DNA from: Octopus vulgaris
Taxonomy: Eukaryota
Assembly (NCBI GenBank): GCA_951406725.2
Contig: OX597817.1
Span: 56,730,001-56,794,000, forward strand
Direction: 5' to 3'
Length of the DNA: 64,000 nt
Shown here piece after piece: positions 55,053-64,000 of this stretch (position 1 is the stretch's first letter; each line of letters starts with the position of its first letter). A program made the translations under genes and the position numbers. A model generated the notes under the pieces. It was not told the DNA's origin, did not search any database, and saw only the letters and a program-made list of their open reading frames with translations.

Positions 55053-55115
55053 ATGTGTGTGTATGTATATGTGTGTGTGTGTGTGCAAGTATGTACATGT
55101 ATATATGTGTATATG

Positions 55116-55150
<35 letters not shown>

Positions 55151-56314
55151 GTATGTGTGCATGTGTGTATTTACACAAACATATATAAACATGCGTACAT
55201 ACATACATATACTACATAAGCATATACATGCACAGAGGGCCATAAAGAGAAAGAGGGGGGAAAGTGCAATTTTATTAGTTATTTAGTACTAATCAGTACT
55301 AATTAGTCTTTGTCCTGGTCTAAGCATTACTAAGCAGTACTAATGAACTACTGATCCCTGATTACATATATCTATAAATGGTTAATTAAGTACGAATGTG
55401 AATAAAAACTCAAACAGCTTCAAACGATGCGAAATTAAAAATGAGTCTGAGTATTCACAGATTGTTGATGTTTAGCCCTAGGTAGGCACTGACCGGGTAA
55501 ATCTATGATCATAGTCATTCTATTTGTGACCCATATATATATATATGAAAAGATCAATAGGAACTAAAGTCTTGCGCCAAATATGCACGCCTCCATGTAC
55601 AGACAGAGACTCACTGACTCCACATGGTCGTCGCCGTGCTAGAAATAGCAACAAACCGCCTTTAAAATTCTATCCTACTGCCTTAATGAAAACAAAATAG
55701 GAACGATACACATACGGGAATGTCGTTGATATATAAAGACACGGAGTGGTCACGGATGGAACAGACTTCATCATAAATTTACTTTATCAACGCAAACTTG
55801 TATTAAACAACTCCAACTTTAAGAACAACAACAATTGTTGTGCATCACGCCAGACTTCTGCACTAAAGAATATATACCCTATCGCTCCACCCCAGATATC
55901 TTTCTGCTCACCAACCGCACCCGCCTCGTCGGGAACACCCTCTTTTGACGCAAGTTTCTTCTTGTAGGCGCCGACCTACAAAACTTCAACCGTATTGATC
56001 TTGCTTCTGTCTGTAACGGTATTCGATAATAATGGGAATTGCTGACCTCTTACCCACTCTCCCGTTCTACACCCTCCCAAGTCTGCTCCCTCACCCCACT
56101 TCCCTTCTTTCAGTAATCAATACAAAAAAAAACAGCAATAACCACCAGTAACAACATCAACAACAACAAAATTATGCCCAAATGGCTTCAGAAACGGGGA
56201 AAGGCTTCAGAAGGCGGATTAAGAAATGAAATCAACTACTTGTTGTTATTGCCGTTGTTGTTGTTGTTGTTGCTGCTGTTGTTGCTGTTGTTGTAAGAGG
56301 TGGTGTTTGCGTTG

Positions 56315-58230
56315 GTGGTGATGATGGTTGTGCTTCCCCCAACGTCATTTTAGGGGGGAAATCTGACACAGAGAGAGTGATGGTGAGAGGAAGCAGAGAG
56401 GGAGAGCAAGAAGAGAGAGGAAGGAGGGGAAGGAGAGAGGGAGACGAAAGAGAGAGGGAGACCAAGGAGAGAGACAGGGATAGTGATGGGGAGAGAAAGG
56501 AGAGAGATAGGTAGGAGAGAGGGAGAGCGAGGAGAGATGGAGAGCAAGAAGAGAGGGAGAGCAAGGAGAGAGGGAGAACAAAGATAGAGGGAGAGCGAGG
56601 AGAGAGGGAGAGCAAGATGAGAGATAGGAAGGAGAAAGGGAGAGAAAGGAGAGAGGAAAGGAAAGGGGTTAGGGAGAGGAAGGAGAGAGGGAAGGGAAGG
56701 AGCGAGGTAGAGGAAGGAGAATGGGAGAGGAAGGTGAGAGGAAGAAGAGGGGAGAGTTGAATAGGTTCAGATCAACGTCGATCTATCGATGGTTCTGACG
56801 GACGATGGTGATGACGATGGTTGTGCTTCCCCCAACGTCATCGGTATTTTAAGGGGGAAAATCTGAGACAGAGAGAGTGATGGGGAGAGCAAGGAGAGAG
56901 GGAGAGGAAGGCGGAAGGGATGGGGAGAAGGGAGAGTAAGGAGACAGGGAAATGAAGGAGAGGAAGGAGAGAGGGAGAGGAAAAAGAGAGGGAGAGGAAG
57001 GCGATGGGGAGAGGGAGAGGAAGGATAGAGGGAGAAGAGGGAGAGAGGGAGAAGAGGGGAGAGTTGAATATGTTCAGATCAACGTCGATCTACCGATGGT
57101 TGTCACGATGGTGGTGACGATGGTGGTGACGATGGTGGTGACGATGGTTGTGCTTCCCCCGTCATCGGTATTTTAGGGGGGAAAATCAGAGACAGAGAGT
57201 GACGGGGAGAGGAAGGAGGGAAGGAGAGCAAAGAGAGAGGGAGAGCAAGGAGAGATACGAAGGAGAGAGGGAGATGAGGGAGAGAGCGAGATGAAGGAGA
57301 GAGGGAGAGCAAGGTGAGAGAGAGACAGAGATAGTGACGGAGATAGGAAGGAGAGAAAGAGGAAGGAGAGAGGGAGAGCAAGGTGAGAGGGAGAGCAAGG
57401 TGAGATGGATAGCAAGGTGAGAGGGAGAGCAAGGTGAGAGGGAGAGCAAGGTGAGTGAGAGACAGAGATAGTGATGTGGAGAGGAAGGAGAGTGGGATAG
57501 GAAGGAGAGATGAAGAGCAAGGTGAGAGAAAGGAAGGCGCGAGGGAGAGGAAGGAGAGAGGGAAGGGAAGGAGCGAGGGAGAGAAAGGAGAGAGGGAAAG
57601 GAAAAACATAGGGAGAGGAAGAAGAGAGGGAGAGGAAGCTGAGAGGGAGAAGAGGGGAGAGTTGAATAGGTTCAGATCAACGTCGATCTATCGATGGTTG
57701 TGACGATGGTGGTGACAATGGTTGTGCTTCCCCAAACGTCATCAGTATTTTAAGGGTGGAAAATCTGAGACAGAGAGAGTGATGGGGAGAGGAAGGAGAG
57801 AGGGAGAGCAAGGTGAGAGAGAGGAGGATAGTGATGAGGAGAGGAAGGAGAGAGGGATAGGAAGGAGAGAGGGTGAGCAATTAGAGATAGGAAGGAGAAA
57901 AGGAGAGGAAGGAGAGAGGGAAGGGAGGGAGCGAGGGAGGGAGAGGAGAGAGGGAGGGAAAGGAGCGATAGTAGTGGTATAGGTTAAGATCAACGATCTA
58001 TCGATGGTTGTGACGATGGTGGTGACCATGGTTGTGTTTCCCTCTACCTCTTCGGTATTTTAAGAGCGAAATATCTGAGACAGAGAGAGTGATGGGGAGA
58101 GGGAGAGTGAAGGAGAGAGGGAGAGGAAGAAGAGATGGAGAAGAAGAAGTGATAGAGAGGAAGAAGAGAGGGACAGGAGTGGAGACTGGAATAGTTTCAG
58201 ATCAACGGCGCCTGCATCGATCTATCGAAC
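56315..58230. repeat. Tandem array of conserved ~130-bp blocks separated by variable polypurine spacers
   Basis: Block GTTCAGATCAACGTCGATCTATCGATGGTT...GATGGTTGTGCTTCCCC...GGTATTTTA.GGGG.AAATCTGAGACAGAGAG at ~56320 (partial), 56757, 57062, 57661, 57980 and 58190 (partial). Confidence 0.9.
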
Positions 58231-58619
58231 TAATAATACAATATAGGACGAGGGATTTAATACTGAAGAATATGTGAACGAGGTGGTAACTGCCGACCCG
58301 CTTATTTTAGTGTTGCTTTTGTTGTTGTTGTAATCTGATTCTTCTTTTTTCCCCCACTGCAAAAACAACTACAATTGCAATTATCACAACAATAACAAAA
58401 AAAAACAACAAGCTTTGTATTGACCACAAAAGTAACATTAACAGCTGCAGTAAGAAAAGTAGTTTAAACAATAATAATGTATCACCAATACAGCAACAAC
58501 AACAACAAAAACAACCAGAACAAAAGCAACAGTAATAACCGTACTATCACAGACGGCAACAACAATCATAATAATCGTATCTTCAACAAGCACAAAGTCT
58601 GACATTTGTGATGATTACA

Positions 58620-59055
58620 ATGACCCCAGTGCGTAACTGGTATTTAATTTTTATCGACCCCGAAAAGGCAAAGTCGACCTCGACGGAATTTGAACTCAGA
58701 ACGTAGCGGCAGATGAAATAGCGCTTAGCATTTTGTCCAGAGTGCTAACGATTCTTATTTCTTTATTGCCCACAAGGGGCTAAATATAGAGGGGACAAAC
58801 AAACGGATTAAGTCGATTATATCGACCCCAGTGCGTAACTGGTACTTATTTAATCGCCCCCGAAAGGATGAAAGGCAAAGTCGACTCTGGCGGAATTTGA
58901 ACTCAGAACGTAACGGCAGACGAAGTACCGCTAAGCATTTCGCCCGGCGTGCTAACAATTCTGCCAGCTCATCGCCTTAGCAATTGTAATAATCCTTTCT
59001 ATTCTAGGCACAAGGCCAGAAATTTTGGGGTGGGGGGCAGTTGATTAGATCGACG
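58620..59055 (-). mobile_element. SINE family A cluster
   Basis: Full copy ~58755-58978 plus partial copies on either side. Confidence 0.85.
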
Positions 59056-59214
59056 AAAGGACCTCCCATCAGGACGGCCTTAGAACATGCATGAAAACTT
59101 GCATTTTATTTATATACATACTAAAATACAAGCACACATGCTCACGTACATGCGTGTGTGTTTGTAAGTGTGCATGTGCACACACAAACATGTATGTGTA
59201 TGCTGTTTATAATT

Positions 59215-59580
59215 TTTGTTTTTATATCGAGTTACAAAACTATTTAATATTAAACTGAAGAATTATTCAATACATTTTTGCTGGGTACGTATTTATTACA
59301 CTTTTACAAGAAGTGATGTAGAGACTTTGAAGCTTCGACCTTCTAGCCTTCGTCGGACCGTTCTACTTTTGGGTCCATTTAGTCTATGGTATGTTGTTTT
59401 TCTAAGGTAGATGGAGTTATGGGAAATGATAATAATGCTTGGTGTACGTAGGTCTGGGGAGTTGGTGTATGGGTGTGTAAACAGAGGAAGTAAGAGGAAA
59501 GTAGTTTGTAAGGCGTGTGTGCCGAGGGAAATTTATTATTAGAAGATTTTGTTTGTTTGAAGTGAGAGTTGCGTTGTTGT
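59215..59580 (-). mobile_element. Decayed Penelope-like 3' end with hammerhead-like motif
   Basis: Minus strand SLGTHA (resembles the LGTL.P.G.N endonuclease end) and CCGACGAA-GGC uagaag GUC-GAAGC...GUC at 59356-59323. Confidence 0.4.
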
Positions 59581-59879
59581 TCAGATTCCCACCATCAAAT
59601 GCTATACGTCAACGCTCACTCTGTTAGGGACATTGAAACACTCAACACCGACTGGATTTCAAATTGTATAGATGACAAAAAAGAGGTTGCATATCATGAA
59701 GGCTAAACTTTTTTTTATATCTTAAACAATCCACACCAACACACGCAATCTTCACCAGATCAACTGTAATAACTCTTTCCCGTACATCATCTTTTCCCCG
59801 CATCTAGTGGCAAAACCTCGTGGCAAAACTTTTCTCTGGCTGTTTACCAATTCCTATCACAACAAACTTCCACACCTGA

Positions 59880-60400
59880 AAAAGGGCACCAAGATCATAG
59901 TTCATACCATCTTCCTATATGGCTCAAAGTTGAGGGTCACTTATCCCCACCATCTACGACTCTTCGAACGCTTCAACCAACGCTACCTGCACACCATCCT
60001 CAACATCCACTGGAGTGACTTCGTCACCAATGTTGAAGTCCCTAAAGAAGCATGGGTCACCACCGTCGAGGCCATGCTGCTAAAGCCCCAGATACGCTGA
60101 GCAGGGCACGTCTTCGGGATGAAAGATCATCGCCTGTCCAAGATCAACCTGTACAGCGAACTTTCCACCGGCCATCGCGACAGAGGGACACCAAAGAAGC
60201 CATACAAGGACTGTTTGAAAAACATCCCTTGGTGACTGCCACATTGAGCGTCGCCAGTGGTCCGCCATGGCTGGAGACTGTGACGCCTTGCATCTCCAAT
60301 CAACCATGTTGTCTCCTCCTTCATCAACACCTGCAGGGTCACTCTCAAGCAGAAAAGGTGCAGGAAGAAGAATCGCAACTCCACGTCATCAAATCCTGAC
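59880..60400 (+). mobile_element. RTE-clade LINE 3' fragment
   Basis: LYGS...LFERFNQRYLHTILNIHWSDFVTNVEV...IR*AGHVFGMKDHRLSKINLYSELSTGHRDRGTPKKPYKDCLK. Confidence 0.85.
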
Positions 60401-61796
60401 CAGTCCTTACTCTTCTACCACTAAATTAGGATAATCACCGTTCATCATCAATATCCACTTGGTTCTCATCCTCATCGTCATCGTCATCGTCGTCATCGTC
60501 GTCGTCGTCATCATCATCATCATCATCATCATCCTCGTTGTCACCATCATCATCGTGGCCATCTTATCACCATCATAATCAACATCCTTCTCTTCATCAT
60601 CATCATCATAATCAACATCTTCATCGTCATCATCCTAATCATCACCGCTATCGCCATCATCGTCATCATCATCATCATCTTTACTATCATCATCATCACT
60701 ATCATCACCATCAACATAATCAGTACTATCATGCTCCTCTTCCTCCTCCACTTCCTCCTATTCATCATCATCATCATCGCGCCCATCATCCTCTTACATT
60801 AAGGCCATACAGAGTACACTCACAAAACAAAAACCCAAGTTTTTTCTTAATACTTTGTAGAAACGAGAATTGTTGAGAAAACATTAAGACATTTTATTAA
60901 GAAGTGAGTGAATCGTCATCTGACTCAGGTAACACTATTAACAGCGACACCTACAGCACTCCATTGACGTCACCATTAATTATTCGACGTCACACTGACG
61001 TCAGCGCAAAAAGACTGCTTCTATGACATTATAGCGTTCAAGTATACATATGTGTGTGTGAGTATGTGTGTGTGCGTGTTTGTGTCTGTGTCTGTCTGAG
61101 TAGTGTATGTGTGTGTACTCCCACACATATGCGTATACAAACATACATCTCATTTACTAGCGCAATGTATATGTACGTAGACATGTATGTATGCATGCAT
61201 GCATATATGCGTGTATTGTGTGTATACGCTCATATACAAATGCAGATACACACACAAGTACACACACGCACACGCACATACACACACAAGCACAAACACA
61301 CTTATATATATATATATATATACGACGCGTTCCTTTAGTTCCCGTCTGTGCGGACGCCGACGATGACAGCATCTGATAAGATCGTTCAATAGAACGACTG
61401 GATAAAACGGAACCATGAATGCACTTAAAATGCTTCCCGGAAACATCTGTAAGTCAACGATGCACTAATAAAGAAATATGTAAAGCCCATTATCTATGCC
61501 TTTTTTATATATACATACATACACACACACACAGACATATGTGTGTGTGTGTTTGTGTGTCTGTGTGTGTGTGTATGTCTGTGTGTGTGTGTGTTTAATT
61601 AAACTGCTGCACATATGACATCCAAAGTACATCTTTTTTCCTCAGCTGAAATTATACTCATGTCTCATAAATGTAAATTTAATCTACAAATTTGTAATTA
61701 GATTATTGGGTATTAATTGAAACAGCTGTAAGAAGCCCAATTTGTTAATAATAAACAGGGATTAACTTTCTTATCTCTATTCTATTTTATTCTCAT

Positions 61797-61892
<96 letters not shown>

Positions 61893-61895
<3 letters not shown>

Positions 61896-62052
61896 GGAGT
61901 ATATCCAAACTTACAGGGAAAAGTTAGATTTAGGATTAAATCAAATTTCACAGTATAAATATAAATTAAATTAGAGATAAAAACATTATTAGGCAACTCA
62001 AACAGTGATAGACATAAACCAAAACATAAAAAACAAAAAATAAATATAATTG

Positions 62053-62103
<51 letters not shown>

Positions 62104-62760
62104 AAATTTAAAATTTAAATTACTAAAATTTTAAATTTTTTAATTTATATTTTTAAATTTTTTAATTATATTTTTTAAATTTTTTAATTTTTAAATTTTT
62201 TTTATATATACCTAACCAAAAAGTATAAAAAGGTTAAATATAATATAATAAGTAAAAACACTACGTACGTTTCATGGCTATAATTCAATTCGAATTACAA
62301 TTAAGTTTAAATTCAATTGAAAATTCGAATTAAGATTATATTCAATCTTCAGGTTAATGATAATAGTTAAATAAATAAGCAAATAGAGTTAAACAATATT
62401 TTTTAAGAAATAAATAAAATAATAATTTTTCTTATAAAAAAACTCTATTATCTAAATTAGAAACTTAAAACATCAGGATTATGTCATACAACCCATTTAT
62501 TATGTTAAATATTAATTTTTAAGGTAAAAAAAAAACAGATAGAAAAATGTATTTATCTATTAAGATATAATATGGCTTTAAAAAACATCAATAAACTCAC
62601 GAATATCCTTAACTCAGTTACAGTCCAATATCTAATTACCAAATTATTTAACAAAATAATCACTATTCATATTTTTAAATTTAAGTTTAAAAATATGAAT
62701 AGTGATTATTTTGTTAAATAATTTGGTAATTAGATATTGGACTATAACTGAGTTAAGGAC
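61893..62760 (-). mobile_element. AT-rich PLE-associated repeat in (TA)n with hammerhead and terminal palindrome
   Basis: Shares its start with 14371; hammerhead at 62352-62262; near-perfect palindrome at 62606-62759. Confidence 0.5.
62262..62352 (-). ncRNA. Type I hammerhead motif with very long AU-rich stem II
   Basis: CUGAAGA-UUGAAUAUAAUCUUAAUUCGAAUU...AAUUCGAAUUGAAUUAUAGCCAU-GAAAC-GUAC-GUA; palindromic stem III ACGUACGU. Confidence 0.62.
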
Positions 62761-62930
62761 AACCAGACACAAAGCACACTTCATACACACACACACACAC
62801 ACGTGTGTGTGTGTATGTGTAAATATATATATATATATATATATATACGACGGGCTTGTCCAGCTGCGGTGGTATTCACACACACACACACACACACACA
62901 CGCACGCACGCACACACACACACACACAAG

Positions 62931-62969
<39 letters not shown>

Positions 62970-62973
<4 letters not shown>

Positions 62974-63700
62974 GACGGGCCTCTTTTCAGTTTCCGTCTC
63001 TCAAATCCATTCACAAGGCTTTGGTCGACCCGAGGCTATAGTAAAAGATACTTGCCCAAGGTGTTACCCTGTAGGACTGAACCCGGAACCATGTGGTTGG
63101 GAAGCAAACTTCTAACTACACAGCCACGCATGAATATTTTAGAACTTGTTTGTGGAGAAGTATTTAGACTCTCCTTAGTATTCTTTTATTCGTTTCAGTC
63201 ATTTGACTGCGGCCATGCTAGAGCACCGCCTTTAGTCAAACAAATCAACCCCAGGACTTATTCATTGTAAGCCTGGTATTTATTCTATCGGCCTCTTTTG
63301 CCGAACCGCTAATTTACGGGGACATAAACACATCAGCATCGGTTGTCAAGCGATGTTGAGGGAACAAACACATACACAAACATATACATATTGGAGCTTC
63401 CAGCGCGAATGCCAAGGAATATAGCATGTCGTTTCCAAATTTCTGGATGAGTGAATTGCGACATGGTGCTGTTTTCCTCACAGACGGTGCCCAACCAACC
63501 CGACAAAATCAAAAACAAACAATGAGCATGCGTGAAATTAAAAATATGAAATTGTGATAATTTGCCCATCACATCCTGAATTCCTTTATTCTTTGTAAGC
63601 CTAGAACTTACTCTATCAGTCAATTTTGCCGAACCGCTAAGTTACGGGGACGTAAACACACCAACATCGGTTGTCAAGCGACGGTAATGGGGAAAAACAT
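62970..63700 (-). mobile_element. SINE family B pieces (62970-63130, 63181-63385, 63585-63700)
   Basis: Matches to the other B copies. Confidence 0.8.
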
Positions 63701-63701
63701 A

Positions 63702-63797
<96 letters not shown>

Positions 63798-63874
63798 GGG
63801 TTGAGTCGGGGTTAACCACAGTAAATAAGGTACTCAATACATAGCAGAGTAAAGTAATTTATTTTATAGAAGGA

Positions 63875-63923
63875 GCTTCTACAGGACTAGAACTGTTTCA
63901 TTCAGATGAAATCTTCAGGAAGC
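63875..63923 (-). ncRNA. Hammerhead-like motif in a (TA)n-flanked ~190-bp insert
   Basis: GCUUC-CUGAAGA-UUUC aucu GAAU-GAAAC-AGUUCUA-GUC...GAAGC. The core is intact but the stem I register is atypical. Confidence 0.5.
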
Positions 63924-64000
63924 TGGCTGTCAAAATAAGGTCTGGTATTTATACATTTAGGCAGATTTAATGGGGGGGACGTTATATATATATATATATA

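Noticed and set aside
56315-58230. CRISPR array interpretation
   Set aside because: Blocks are ~130 bp and variable, spacers are related low-complexity purine runs of roughly 90-450 bp, there are no cas genes, and the context is eukaryotic.

Overview
This is eukaryotic, AT-rich, repeat-saturated DNA. The extreme (TA)n/(TG)n/(TAA)n/(GATA)n load and the SINE families suggest a coleoid cephalopod (Octopus-like) intergenic or intronic region; the organism call is an inference. I found no intact host gene. Almost all listed ORFs are microsatellite read-throughs. Recognisable content: (1) Penelope-like element (PLE) remnants, including a young 5'-truncated copy with a GIY-YIG endonuclease and 284-bp inverted pseudo-LTRs; (2) about ten hammerhead-ribozyme-like motifs; (3) R4/Dong-type, RTE, CR1 and Tx1/L1-like LINE fragments; (4) an internally deleted mariner and two TA-flanked MITEs; (5) a non-autonomous Helitron whose empty site is also in the window, and a Helentron-like element; (6) many tRNA-derived SINEs; (7) several fold-back inverted repeats; (8) a block-and-spacer purine-rich tandem array. 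The most unusual item is a ~320-nt densely base-paired + strand segment (48336-48656). It carries a perfect-core hammerhead whose stem II is replaced by the dinucleotide CG, making it a retrozyme-like or natural-minizyme candidate. All structures were derived by eye, and SINE/LINE boundaries are approximate.
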